Virus record (IMG/VR): IMGVR_UViG_3300010362_000031 | Coordinates: 1-46,749 of that record | DNA: 46,749 nt | Source: a virus | Taxonomy: Duplodnaviria > Caudoviricetes | Reading direction: 5' to 3' (one strand) | In this document: positions 24,993-34,787 of the stretch, piece after piece | How the letters are laid out: each line of letters opens with the position of its first letter | How positions within the stretch are numbered: position 1 is the stretch's first letter | Program-made: the position numbers and the translations under genes | The notes under the pieces: generated by a model | Databases searched by the model: none | The model's input: the letters and a program-made list of their open reading frames with translations, nothing else | Told to the model about the DNA's origin: nothing

Positions 24993-26566
24993 CAGGCGGC
25001 AAAGCCCATCGTGCGCGTGCCCTCGGGCCGGGCCGTGACATCGACGCCCTGGAGGAACTGGAAGCCCGAGCCGGCCGGCAGCCGCACCTGATAGCGCGTC
25101 ATCCGCCCGGTCGTGCGCTGCGGGCACTCGCCGAGGACGTTCTCGGCGACAGCGGCCCGGTAGACGACCGGCTGGCGCGTGGTCTCGCGCACACCGACCG
25201 CGACCTGGGCGGCGACCTGGGCGTCATGCAGCGGCCGGCTGTTGATGACGCGCGTGCGCTTGCCGGGGAACATCTGCAGCTCCGGCGTGTCGATGATCGG
25301 GGCCAGGGCCGGGCCGGTCGTGTAGTTCTGCGTGTGGCTGCTGTCGAACCAGCCGAGGAGCGGGTTGCCCTTGGTCCAGGCCCGGCTGTCGAGCGAGTAC
25401 TTGAGCTGCTCCAGGTTGCCGAGCGGGTCCATCTGGTCGAGGTTGTAGCCGGCGGTCGAGTAGGTCGCGCTCTCCACCCATTCCACCGGGGCCGGCGTCA
25501 GGTCGAGCAGCGACCAGCGGCCGAGTTCCCAGTTGAACACGAGCACCCGGTTGAACCAGCCGTTGTTCTGACGGCCATGGTAGAACCAGAAGATCAGCTT
25601 GCGGCTCGGGTCGTAGGTGCCCATGACCTGCCTCAGGTAGTCGGGGTCGAGGTCATCGAAGAAGAAGCGGTCCACCTTCTGGCCGCCGATCCCGGCCGAG
25701 CCGCTGCCGTCGAAGGCGTAGAACCCGTCGCTGCCCAGGTAGAAGCAGGTCGAGCGCGCGACGCCGCTGCCGTCGCTCAGCCGGCGGGTCACGACCGAGA
25801 GCGAGGCGTCGGTGCCGGCCGCGCCCTCGGCGACCTGGAAGTAGAAGATCTTGGGCGAGCCGCTGTACTGGATGCGGTAGATCCCGCGCTCGCAGAAGGC
25901 CGCGCCATCGGCCGCCGAGAGATGCCCGCCGATGAGCTGGGTGATCCCGCCCAGGTCGGTCTGCACCAGATCCTGGTAGTCGCTCTGCAGCTCGATGGCG
26001 GCGTTGCTGCCCCAGACCGGCCAGTTGGTCGGGTCGCCGATGGCCGGCCAGCCGAGGCGGAACTGCGACGCGCCGTCGAGGCTGTCCACGATGTTGCCGA
26101 GCATCAGGAAGTCGCGGATGACGGCGCAGAAGCGGGCCTTGGGCGCGTTGGCCGACAGGTTGTGGAACGCGCTGTCGGTGCCGGCGAGATAGGTCTGCAC
26201 CGGGTCCACATAGTTCGTCGCGATGATCCGCTTGCCGAAAGAGGTCATCTGCCAGAACCCGTCTGGCGGCGGCTCCGTGTTGAAGGGCGCGCCGGCCCCC
26301 GAGACATCGACAAAATTCGTCGCGCCGGTCTGCTGCAGGTAGATGCGGCTCGCGGTCGCAGCGAAGTTAAAGACGATGCCGGCGGCATCGCGATACCCAT
26401 ATGATCCGCACACCCGGTTGGGGAGCGCTGCCACATAGGGCACCGGCCCCGGCATCGGCCCGTAGGCCGCCTGGGTGCGAGGGACGACGTTGAGCGCGGT
26501 GACGGTGCCGGGATTGCCAAACGCAGGGCCATCCGGCAGCCACTCGCCGAAAGGGAGCACGGGCAT
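24992..26566 (-). CDS. Tail nozzle / packaged-DNA stabilization protein (P22 gp10/T7 gp12-like)
   Basis: MPVLPFGEWLPD start; beta-propeller-like; FYLGSDGFYAFDG...IGGQKVDRFF. Confidence 0.7.
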   Translation of the reverse strand: MPVLPFGEWLPDGPAFGNPGTVTALNVVPRTQAAYGPMPGPVPYVAALPNRVCGSYGYRDAAGIVFNFAATASRIYLQQTGATNFVDVSGAGAPFNTEPPPDGFWQMTSFGKRIIATNYVDPVQTYLAGTDSAFHNLSANAPKARFCAVIRDFLMLGNIVDSLDGASQFRLGWPAIGDPTNWPVWGSNAAIELQSDYQDLVQTDLGGITQLIGGHLSAADGAAFCERGIYRIQYSGSPKIFYFQVAEGAAGTDASLSVVTRRLSDGSGVARSTCFYLGSDGFYAFDGSGSAGIGGQKVDRFFFDDLDPDYLRQVMGTYDPSRKLIFWFYHGRQNNGWFNRVLVFNWELGRWSLLDLTPAPVEWVESATYSTAGYNLDQMDPLGNLEQLKYSLDSRAWTKGNPLLGWFDSSHTQNYTTGPALAPIIDTPELQMFPGKRTRVINSRPLHDAQVAAQVAVGVRETTRQPVVYRAAVAENVLGECPQRTTGRMTRYQVRLPAGSGFQFLQGVDVTARPEGTRTMGFAA

Positions 26567-26771
26567 GCTGGAGATCTCGACCGTGGATGAGGCGGTGGCG
26601 GCGATCAGGGAGCGCGGCTACCTGAACTCGTTCCTGTCGCAGCGCGATGGATGGTTTGTCGCGCATGTCGTGCCCGGCGGTATGTCCGAGGACTGCGCGG
26701 TCATCGAGACCAGCATCGCCGACGAGCTGATCGGCGACGGTCTGGTCGAGGAGGTCGGGCGGGGTCGCGAT

Positions 26772-27944
26772 CTAGCGGACCCGACTTGTCATGTCGTCTG
26801 GTTCCGGCTGAGCCAAGAGGCCGAGCGGATCGGGGCCGCTCGATAGCAGCCGGGTCTCACCTCGGATAAAGCGGTCGCGCACGAGGCGCGGGTCTTCGCC
26901 GGTCCTGGCGGCGGTCAGACGGATGCGGTCCTCGATCTGCTGCGCCAGGGTCGCCTGCTCGGCCTTGGGAACCATCGTCACCCAACCCGAGGCCTGATAT
27001 TGCGCGGGCGACATGCCCAGGCGCTCCGCGCCCTCCTGCCCGAGGCCTTCCAGATAGCTGTACCAGGGCTGCTTGGGTGCGCTGATCTCGTTGCCCTTGG
27101 CGTTCGCCAAGCCGTAGAGCCGCGACATCCAGGTGTCCCAGGTGAACGGCTGGTAGTTGCCCATCATGTTCTGGCTGAACGAGGCGATCTTGGGGTTCTG
27201 CAGCGGGTCGAGCAGCGGGTTGTCGCGCAGGAACTGGTTGTTGCCGAGGTGAGCGATGCGCGCGATGTGCCCATAGGGGCTGGGGATCTCGGCGGCGTCC
27301 AGCGGCAGATCCAGGCCCTGGCGCTTGAGCGAATAGTAATAGCTGGCGTTGCGGATGTTCTCCGGCACCTTGGAGAGGTTGCTCGATGCTCCGAGGGCGT
27401 TGAGATAGTCGAGCAATGCCTGATCGCCAGCGCCGCCGAGCTGCTCGCCAAAGGCCGCGCGCAGCGGGCCGGGGTGATACCACTCCAGGCCGCCCAGCTC
27501 CGAGCCGCGCTTCACCGCCTCGTCCACCCGAGCGAGGTTCGCGGGGTCGCTCAGGCGCTGCACATAATCGGGGATGCCCTTGGGTGGCGGGGCCATCCGC
27601 TCCAGCGAGAATTGCGGGACGCTCGGCACGTCGCTGCCGGCAAGGCTGTGCTCGAATAGCGGCGCGGCGCTGCCCTGGCCGATATTGGGTCTCGGCAGAT
27701 CCGAGGCGGCGGTCGGCAACCGCATGCCCGAGCTGAGCGAACCGCCGGGTGCGCCGCCCGCGATATAGGGCGCGATCACGGAGGCGAGATCCTGCAGCGA
27801 CTGCGTCCACGGGATCGGCTGGTCGCGCGGCGCTGGGTCTGGCAGGTCACGGGCCAACATCATCCGGTCGAGAGCCGGGTTGTTGCTCTTGAACGGCTGG
27901 CCCTCGCTGAGCCAGGGCGCGACGTAATCGTCCCAGAGGCCCAT
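26772..27944 (-). CDS. Protein with a DUF7178-like, possibly glycosylase-fold, domain
   Basis: EWY...S....V..N...PKIASFSQNMMGN...TWDTW...Y...AERLGMSPAQYQASGW. Confidence 0.55.
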   Translation of the reverse strand: MGLWDDYVAPWLSEGQPFKSNNPALDRMMLARDLPDPAPRDQPIPWTQSLQDLASVIAPYIAGGAPGGSLSSGMRLPTAASDLPRPNIGQGSAAPLFEHSLAGSDVPSVPQFSLERMAPPPKGIPDYVQRLSDPANLARVDEAVKRGSELGGLEWYHPGPLRAAFGEQLGGAGDQALLDYLNALGASSNLSKVPENIRNASYYYSLKRQGLDLPLDAAEIPSPYGHIARIAHLGNNQFLRDNPLLDPLQNPKIASFSQNMMGNYQPFTWDTWMSRLYGLANAKGNEISAPKQPWYSYLEGLGQEGAERLGMSPAQYQASGWVTMVPKAEQATLAQQIEDRIRLTAARTGEDPRLVRDRFIRGETRLLSSGPDPLGLLAQPEPDDMTSRVR

Positions 27945-28579
27945 TACGGGTTCCTCACGTCCGTCTGGATGACGAGACCGGCGGGGTATTTGGCCTGCCG
28001 GTCGGCGAGCTTGATCTGCTCGATCCGCTCCTCGCGCGCGGCCAGCCAGATCGCGATGCGCGGGTCGTCGCCGATATACGGCTCGGCCAGGGAGAGCGTG
28101 CCCCAGAGGTAGGCGCTCGGGTAATTCGTCAGCAGCCAATTGGTCGGGACGGTGGCGCTGAGGCCGGTGAGGCCCGAGAGATAGTCGAGGTGGATCGGCG
28201 TCGGGTCGTCGCCCGTGTTGCCGGTGATCCGCAGGTTGAGGCCTTCGATGGTGTACGCGGCCGGCCAGCCGCTGATCAGGCGCAGGTTGGTGTCCATGTT
28301 GACCGGCGTCTGGTAGGTGAAATGCCGGCGACCCTCGGCCGTGTCGGTCCACATAGTCCGCAGCTCGCCGTAGTCGAGCGGCAGCGGGATCGTGTCGGTG
28401 TTGGCGGGCGGCGTGATCGAGACGGTCTTCTCGACAAACCGGGTGCGCAGCCGGTCGCGCGCCATCTCCTCAAAAAGCAAAACCATGTCAGCGATGGCCG
28501 GCATCAGCAGCGGATCGTCGGGCCTAGCAAGCCAGTCCGCGACACTCTTCTGCAGGTTGGCGTAGCTGTCGAGCGGCAT
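27944..28579 (-). CDS. Head-tail adaptor / tail tubular protein A-like
   Basis: MPLDSYANLQKSVADWLAR...FEEMARDRLR...LPLDY...TNWLLTNYPSAYLWGTL. Confidence 0.75.
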   Translation of the reverse strand: MPLDSYANLQKSVADWLARPDDPLLMPAIADMVLLFEEMARDRLRTRFVEKTVSITPPANTDTIPLPLDYGELRTMWTDTAEGRRHFTYQTPVNMDTNLRLISGWPAAYTIEGLNLRITGNTGDDPTPIHLDYLSGLTGLSATVPTNWLLTNYPSAYLWGTLSLAEPYIGDDPRIAIWLAAREERIEQIKLADRQAKYPAGLVIQTDVRNP

Positions 28580-28710
28580 GGTAGGCCTCAGTCATGTTGC
28601 CTTGAGCAACGACGGGTGATACCGCTGGAACCGGCGTGGATCGGCTCGTTAAGGCATCGCGTGGTATGGCATGCCTCGGCGGGTCATGGCAGGCATGGGC
28701 GGCAGGCGCG

Positions 28711-29037
28711 TCAGATGATGAAGCGCCTGCCGTAGCGCAGATGCTGCCACTCAACGTCGTTCAGCAGCCGGAGCACCGCCGGCCGGTGGTTGCGGTCCCA
28801 AGCTCTAATCCCGTATCGCTGCAGCCACTCGTACTGCACATCGGCCGGGATGCGCGCGGCCAGCCGCATCGAGCGGTCGCGGTTCCAGCCGCTCTCCTCG
28901 TGGCTGCGCTTGTTGGCCTCGACCACCGACGTGACATCGAACGTGCGACGCACGATGCAGCGGTCCTCGGCCTCGTCGTAGCCATAGTGCTCGACCGCGC
29001 CGGTCGTCGGATCGCGGCTGAGAAAGCGCCACTGCAT
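28711..29037 (-). CDS. Conserved hypothetical virion-cluster protein
   Basis: DVTSVVEANK...RLAARIPADVQYEWL pattern. Confidence 0.6.
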   Translation of the reverse strand: MQWRFLSRDPTTGAVEHYGYDEAEDRCIVRRTFDVTSVVEANKRSHEESGWNRDRSMRLAARIPADVQYEWLQRYGIRAWDRNHRPAVLRLLNDVEWQHLRYGRRFII

Positions 29038-29280
29038 TTAGCCGGCCCGGTTCTGCGCCAGCCACGCCTCGCCAGCATCGGCCCCGTTTGGCTTGGTAGG
29101 CTCGATGGCAGGCAACGGTGCCGTATCGAAGGCGTGCGGGTGCTGCTGGAGGACCTGCTGCTTGAGCGTCTCGATGATCGGCGCGACGACGCGCCAGGGC
29201 TGCTCGCCCAGGCTGCGCATGACGACATCGAAGAGGCCGGCAGGGATCGAGAAGTGCAGGGTTGTATTGGGATCAAGCAC
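29038..29280 (-). CDS. Small protein downstream of tail fibre
   Basis: LGEQPWRVVAPIIETLKQQ motif; overlaps the fibre stop. Confidence 0.55.
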   Translation of the reverse strand: MLDPNTTLHFSIPAGLFDVVMRSLGEQPWRVVAPIIETLKQQVLQQHPHAFDTAPLPAIEPTKPNGADAGEAWLAQNRAG

Positions 29281-31027
29281 GAGAGGCCTCCAGGGCGATG
29301 ATGCGGTCGCACAGTTCCTGCACCGCGTTGACGAGCGCGCAGACGATGACGTGGCTGTCGAGCCTCAGGAGATCGCGGACCTCGCTGACCGCCTCGGGCA
29401 GGATCTCGCCGACGCTCTGGGCAGCAAAGCTGACATGCCTGAGGCTGTCGGGGCGCAGCTCGCCAGCCCACTCAAAGCTGATCGGCCGCAGCAGCCGGAT
29501 GGCGTCGAGGCCCTGCTCCCAGGACTTGACCTTGGTCTTGAGCCGGATGTCGCTGGAGAGGTTGAAGCCGGAGGCGGTCACGCCGCCATTGGTCACATTG
29601 ATCGCGGCGTTGCCGGCTCCGACGACGGTGAGCGCGGTCGCGTTGGACTTGCCGAAATATCCAGACCCGGCATCGGAGACGATGTCGCCGGCCAAGAGGT
29701 GGAGCGCGGTGCCACCGCCGTTGATCTGAATAAAGCCGTTGGTGCCGATGTTGCCGCCGACGCTGAAGCCGCCGTTGACCGTCCCGTTGCCGTTGATCTG
29801 GAGCGTCTGCGCGGTCGCGGTGCCGCTGGCCGTCAGGTTGGTGGTGGTGATGCCGCCGTTGAACGTCGAGCTGCCGGCGACGGTGATGCCGCCGTTTGGC
29901 ACGTTGAGGACAGCCGCGCCGCCGCCGCTGAGCGTGAGGCTGGGGAAGGTCGAGGCACCGGCAACGCTGATCCCGCCGCTCGTCACGTTCAGCACTGAGG
30001 AGCCGCCGCCGCTGAGGGTCAGGCTGGTGCCCGTCATGCCGAGCGCCTGGAGGCCGCCGCCGGTCACGTTCAGCCCACCCGACATGATGACGCCGCCGGT
30101 AAAGGTGTTGGCCCCGGTGCCGCTCTGGGTGTAGCCGCCGGTCACGGTGAGCGCGCCAAAGCTGGCCGGCTGGCTGAGGAACGCCAGCGCCCCGACGTTA
30201 TTGCAGTCCACGTAGCTGTAGAGGTTCGTGCCGTTCCACTGGTAGGCGATGTTGTGACCGCCAAAGGCCGGGTAGGCGATGCCGCAGGGGCCGAGCTGAT
30301 GGCCGTTGATGAGGCCGCCGACCGTGAGCGCTTGACCAACGCTCAGCCCGCCGGCAATCGAGCCGCCGCCGCTGGTGACGTTCAGCGCCGCAGCACCGCC
30401 GCCATTGACCTGGAGCGTGCCGTTGAGGCCGGTCGCGCCACCGACGACCAGCGAGCTGTCGAGCGTTGTCGCGCCGACCGTGTGGAGCTGGCCGGAGAGG
30501 GTCGTGTTGCCGGTGACGCCGAGGTTGCCCGGCACGCTGAGGCCGGTGGCGTCGCCCTGCAGATAGAGGAACGGGTTGACCAGGACGAACGCGCCAGCGC
30601 CGGCATTGAGGCTGCTCTGGTAGATCAGCGTCACGTAGGTCTGGTTGACGATGTCGCCGACGACGACCGGCCCCCAGTAGGGCGAGACGGGGAGGCGCTT
30701 GTAGATCGGTTTGGCCCCGAGCGCGTTGACCTGGAAGCTCGCGCCGGCTGCGTTATCCGCCCCCGCGCGAAAGCGGAAGATCTCGCCCTCGACATAGGCG
30801 GTCGGGTAGGTCGGGTTGCCGGTCGTGAAGGTCCAGACGTTGCCGGCCGGCGTGATCTGCTGCACCGGGTTCGCCCGGTTCCAGAAGCGCTTGAGCGCGC
30901 CCTTGTCGTTGCGCGCGCTGTCGTTGACGCCGGACGGCATCATCCCTTCGGGCCAGCCGTTCGGGCTGGCGAGGTTGTTGCTGGCGTCGATCTCGGACCA
31001 GTTGGTGCTGCTGGAAAGGTCGGCCAT
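29273..31027 (-). CDS. Tail fibre 1 with C-terminal S74 intramolecular chaperone
   Basis: N-terminal NWSEIDASN..PNGWPEGMMPSGVNDSAR anchor; G/T-rich repeats; SSDIRLK...LRPISFEW...AQSV.EILPEAV...LVNAVQEL. Confidence 0.85.
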   Translation of the reverse strand: MADLSSSTNWSEIDASNNLASPNGWPEGMMPSGVNDSARNDKGALKRFWNRANPVQQITPAGNVWTFTTGNPTYPTAYVEGEIFRFRAGADNAAGASFQVNALGAKPIYKRLPVSPYWGPVVVGDIVNQTYVTLIYQSSLNAGAGAFVLVNPFLYLQGDATGLSVPGNLGVTGNTTLSGQLHTVGATTLDSSLVVGGATGLNGTLQVNGGGAAALNVTSGGGSIAGGLSVGQALTVGGLINGHQLGPCGIAYPAFGGHNIAYQWNGTNLYSYVDCNNVGALAFLSQPASFGALTVTGGYTQSGTGANTFTGGVIMSGGLNVTGGGLQALGMTGTSLTLSGGGSSVLNVTSGGISVAGASTFPSLTLSGGGAAVLNVPNGGITVAGSSTFNGGITTTNLTASGTATAQTLQINGNGTVNGGFSVGGNIGTNGFIQINGGGTALHLLAGDIVSDAGSGYFGKSNATALTVVGAGNAAINVTNGGVTASGFNLSSDIRLKTKVKSWEQGLDAIRLLRPISFEWAGELRPDSLRHVSFAAQSVGEILPEAVSEVRDLLRLDSHVIVCALVNAVQELCDRIIALEASRA

Positions 31028-31150
31028 GGCGCTCCCCCGAGGGAAAGACGGCGACCCGCTCAACCGCCACACTCCAGGGAGGAGGTTGACGCGGGGCAGG
31101 AACGGGTCGCCTAGCCTCGCGCTGCCACCCAGCGGCGCGAGGGGTCGCGG

Positions 31151-32101
31151 TTAGGTCAGGTCGAAGACGCCGCCCGACCCGGCCTCGTTGCGCGAGGTCA
31201 GCGCGTACTCACCCAGCAACATCTTCTTGGTGTTGTCGCCAGTCTTCGCCAAGTCCGTCAAACTAATCGGCCGGAGCCACGCCAGCGCCCAGAGGTCAGT
31301 ATTGAGGATCAGGGCATCCCGCTGCCGCATAAAGCGGTCGGGCTTCACCTCAATGCTGCCAAAGTCGTAGACGTAGACGTCGATGCTGTTCACCAGCTTT
31401 TGCTCGTCCGCGTTGATGTAGCGGGTGTTGTTGCCGGTGAAGGCCGAGACCTTGATCTTCTGCGAGCTGTTGACCAGGAGGATGTCGGGTTCGTCGCCCG
31501 AGTTGGTCCACACGCTCGACAGCGCGGTCTGCAGCATGACCTCGGTGAAGGCCGCCTGGGTGCCATCGGTGCGGGTGTTGGTCCCGTCGCCAATGGGGTT
31601 GGCCGCCGCGCCAGTGCCCATCTGGACATTGGTCTTGATGTACGCCAAGACGGACGCCGTCTTGGCCGCAGTCGCGCCGACCGCACCAGCGGTCCTGGCT
31701 TGGTTCTGGAGCAGGATCGTCTCCAGATCGCGCTTGAGGCTCTTGCCCTTCTTGGCGACCTGATAGCCGATCTCGCTCTTGCGGCCGGCCTTATCGACGG
31801 CCTCTTCGGTCCCGGCAATGATCACGGTCTTGCGCGAGATCTGGGTGTAGTTGCCCAGGCGCACGGTCGGGACCACGGGGTCGAAGGTGCTGATGTCGTC
31901 GCCCTGGATCTGGGCGTTGTTGCCGTTGGGCGCTTCCAGCGCATCGGTCTGCCATTCGTGATAGACCGCCGTCGCCTTTTCGCGGGCGATGGAAGTCATG
32001 AACGGCGTCTCGGTTGGGCTAATATTGTAGATGATGTCGCCCAAATCTTCCCGCAGACCTTTGGCATCAAAGGTCGTGAAGGTATTGCCAACAAAAGCCA
32101 T
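31151..32101 (-). CDS. Major capsid protein (DUF5309/SU10-like)
   Basis: GLREDLGDIIYNISPTETPF...HEWQTDAL...NYTQISRK...LKRDLE...LAKTGD. Confidence 0.92.
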   Translation of the reverse strand: MAFVGNTFTTFDAKGLREDLGDIIYNISPTETPFMTSIAREKATAVYHEWQTDALEAPNGNNAQIQGDDISTFDPVVPTVRLGNYTQISRKTVIIAGTEEAVDKAGRKSEIGYQVAKKGKSLKRDLETILLQNQARTAGAVGATAAKTASVLAYIKTNVQMGTGAAANPIGDGTNTRTDGTQAAFTEVMLQTALSSVWTNSGDEPDILLVNSSQKIKVSAFTGNNTRYINADEQKLVNSIDVYVYDFGSIEVKPDRFMRQRDALILNTDLWALAWLRPISLTDLAKTGDNTKKMLLGEYALTSRNEAGSGGVFDLT

Positions 32102-32141
32102 GGTGATTACTCCGAGCTAAGAAGCCCGGCGCGAACGGGGA

Positions 32142-33233
32142 TTAGAGGAGTTCTGCAATCAGTGACCCGGCGTCGCGCACGTCGTGCGTCCGACCCAGGC
32201 GATTGGCCCTCTGCTGGAGGCGGGTCTGCGGCGCGCTGCGGTCACCGCTCTGGCTGACGCCAGGGCGCTGGACCTGGGGCGCGACGTTGTTCCGCTTGGC
32301 GTCTGCAGCCGCCGCGTTGGCGATCTGCCGGTCGTACAGCATGGCCTTGTGGGCCATGACGATGAGCCGGTGATCGTACGCTTGGTTGATCTCATCGAGG
32401 CTGAAGCGCCCCGTGTCCTGCAGATAGGTGCTCAGATCCTTGCGGATCGCGGCACCCTTTACCGGGTCGGCCATGTCGGGCATGGCGGCGTTGAGCGCCG
32501 CGTGCTCCCTGGTGACCAGCTCGCCAAGCGCCTGCTGCTGTTCCTGCTGCTGCTGCAGGGCGAAGGCCTGCTGCCGCTGCTGGAACTCTTGCTCGATGAC
32601 GCCCAGGCGGCCCCGCAGGGCCTCCCGAGCCGCGTGCAACCGGGTGTACTCGGCAGGCGACGCTGCCTGCACGGCGACCCAGTCAACGTTGTTGAACGCT
32701 GCGGCCTCGGGAGCCGCTAACGCCATCATCTTTTGCAGGCCGTTGAGGTACTCAATCCTCTGGTTCGTGGCTGCCTGCTGCACCTCGCCAAAAGCGCGGC
32801 GGGCCTCGGCAGCCTCCTGACTGCGTTGGGTGAGCACCGCCTCACGCTGGCTCTCGCGCCGGACAACGGCTTGTTGCAGGGCGCGTGGGAGCTTCGCGAA
32901 CTCGGCTCGCTCGTCGGTGTTCCACGACTGGGGCGGCTCGATGGCCGGCTCTGCAGCCGGTTCGCCCTGGCCCTTGTCGTCCTCTTCCCCGGTGGGCCGA
33001 TCATCATCGGCTCCGGTATCAGGCGGCTCATCGTCGCCAGATCTCTGGTCTTGCGCATCGCGCGCCGGCTGCTGCGGCTGCTGCGGCTGCTTGTCGTCGT
33101 CGCCAAACAAAAGGCCGGCAATCGCGTCGCCGGCCGTGCGGACATCATCAACGACGTATGACTGGTCCTGGCCGTTGGGCGCAGGCGTAGGGGCCGCGCT
33201 GCCGGGTTCGGCAGCGGCGTTCGTGCCACTCAT
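32142..33233 (-). CDS. Capsid scaffolding protein
   Basis: Acidic N-terminus, Q-rich coiled coil, YDHRLI..AHKAMLYD; directly upstream of the capsid gene. Confidence 0.8.
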   Translation of the reverse strand: MSGTNAAAEPGSAAPTPAPNGQDQSYVVDDVRTAGDAIAGLLFGDDDKQPQQPQQPARDAQDQRSGDDEPPDTGADDDRPTGEEDDKGQGEPAAEPAIEPPQSWNTDERAEFAKLPRALQQAVVRRESQREAVLTQRSQEAAEARRAFGEVQQAATNQRIEYLNGLQKMMALAAPEAAAFNNVDWVAVQAASPAEYTRLHAAREALRGRLGVIEQEFQQRQQAFALQQQQEQQQALGELVTREHAALNAAMPDMADPVKGAAIRKDLSTYLQDTGRFSLDEINQAYDHRLIVMAHKAMLYDRQIANAAAADAKRNNVAPQVQRPGVSQSGDRSAPQTRLQQRANRLGRTHDVRDAGSLIAELL

Positions 33234-33365
33234 GGGAACCTCAATGGAGGGGAAGCGATTTGATTGATGTTGCTGGCGGCAACTTGGTCTGGTTAACCTG
33301 TGTTGCCGCACAGCGGCGGCAGAGGAGGCGCAGAACCTTTCGCCAGATTGACCAGGGAGGACCGG

Positions 33366-34238
33366 ATGAACGACATCGCGCCAAGACCAAACCCGCCCGT
33401 GTCGCCAACCGTTTTGACCACCGCCGGCCTACGCAGAGGCGGGCGTTGGCAACAAGTCTTCGTGCCGGTGAAGAACGAGCCGGGCGAGCTGCTCAAGATC
33501 GACAAGCACCTGCTCCGCGTCGATCACGACTACCAGCGCCGTCTCGATAACGTGCGGATCGCGCGCTACGCGGCGAACTGGTCGTGGGTCTCCTGCGGGT
33601 CGCTCCTGGTCTCGCGGCGGGACCAGAACCGCTACGCGATCATCGACGGGCAGCACCGCTGGGAGGCGGCCAAGCTGCGCGACGACATCCGCGATCTGCC
33701 TTGCATTGCCTTCGCGCTCGACCAGATCCGCGATGAGGCCATTGGCTTCCTGGCGGCCAACACCGAGCGCAAGATCCCGAGCCTCGCCGACCAGTTCAAC
33801 GCACTGATGGTCGCCGGCAACGAGGATGCGCTGATCGCCGACAGGCTTGCCAAACTCGCCGGGCGGCGCATCTCGGCACCGGCCAGCCCGGTCACGATCT
33901 CCTGCGTCGCCGAGTTCCTGCGCCTAATCCAGCAGAACCGGCAGGCGGTCGAGGATTGCTGGCCGGCGTTGGTCAAGATGTGCCAGGGCCAAACCATGAG
34001 CGCGCGGATATTGCGCGGCGTCGTCGGTCTGCAGCGCCGCATGCCCAAGGGGCACAGCTTTAAGGAGGAGCGCTTTGGCGACCGCCTCGACCAAGTCGGC
34101 TGGAACGCCGTCAGCGACGAGATCGTCAGGGTCGGCATGCTCAACCACAATTTCAGCGAGCGGGCGTGCGCCGAGGGCGTGCTGCGGGCGGTCAACAAGG
34201 GCCTGCGCCTGCCGCTGCAGCTCGACCTGTCGCGCTAG
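33366..34238 (+). CDS. ParB-like N-terminal domain protein (DUF6551-like)
   Basis: GGAGG RBS; LRVDHDYQR...LLVSRR...IIDGQHRWEAA...EAIGF..N. Confidence 0.75.
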   Translation: MNDIAPRPNPPVSPTVLTTAGLRRGGRWQQVFVPVKNEPGELLKIDKHLLRVDHDYQRRLDNVRIARYAANWSWVSCGSLLVSRRDQNRYAIIDGQHRWEAAKLRDDIRDLPCIAFALDQIRDEAIGFLAANTERKIPSLADQFNALMVAGNEDALIADRLAKLAGRRISAPASPVTISCVAEFLRLIQQNRQAVEDCWPALVKMCQGQTMSARILRGVVGLQRRMPKGHSFKEERFGDRLDQVGWNAVSDEIVRVGMLNHNFSERACAEGVLRAVNKGLRLPLQLDLSR

Positions 34239-34579
34239 GCGGCCTCCTGGTCCTGGCGCAGATCCTCCCGCAGGCGGGCGGTGTCGCGGTAGTGGATCAG
34301 CTTCTGCCGCACCAGCTCCAGGGCCTGGATGATCCGGTAGACCTCCTCCCGCCGCGCGGCCTCGGTGGGCTTGCTGCCGACAAAGTCCTGGTAGGCCTCG
34401 GCGCGGATCTCCTTGAACGCCTCGGCCAGGGTCGGGTCGCCGAGGAGCCGCGTCGCCGCCATGCCGCGTTGGATGACATCGCCCAACGGTGGCGGCTCAT
34501 GTTCGGGATCGTAGGCCGGCGGTGCCGGTGTTGGCTCCTCCGGCGGGCCGTAGAGGAAATTTGCTACAAAACGCCACAT
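34235..34579 (-). CDS. Small head protein downstream of portal
   Basis: RGMAATRLLGDPTLAEAF...ARREEVY pattern in the usual position. Confidence 0.6.
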   Translation of the reverse strand: MWRFVANFLYGPPEEPTPAPPAYDPEHEPPPLGDVIQRGMAATRLLGDPTLAEAFKEIRAEAYQDFVGSKPTEAARREEVYRIIQALELVRQKLIHYRDTARLREDLRQDQEAA

Positions 34580-34590
34580 TGTTGGCAACG
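34580..34590. promoter_or_regulatory. Operator-like TGTTGGCAACG
   Basis: One mismatch to the palindrome; abuts the start at 34579. Confidence 0.45.
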
Positions 34591-34787
34591 CCCTCAGACT
34601 GGGGTTGTTGGCTGTTTGACGGCGATGGGTGGGGGATCTTCCAGCGGACAGGATGAAACCCGATGGGCGGGCTGCTGCTCGTCGTCGTCACGCCGCATGC
34701 CCTCGCAGCAGTGCGCGAAGCCGGTCCCGCCGCAATGCGGACAGATGCGGCCGATGGCTATTTCCGGCCGCCAGCGGCAGATACAGA

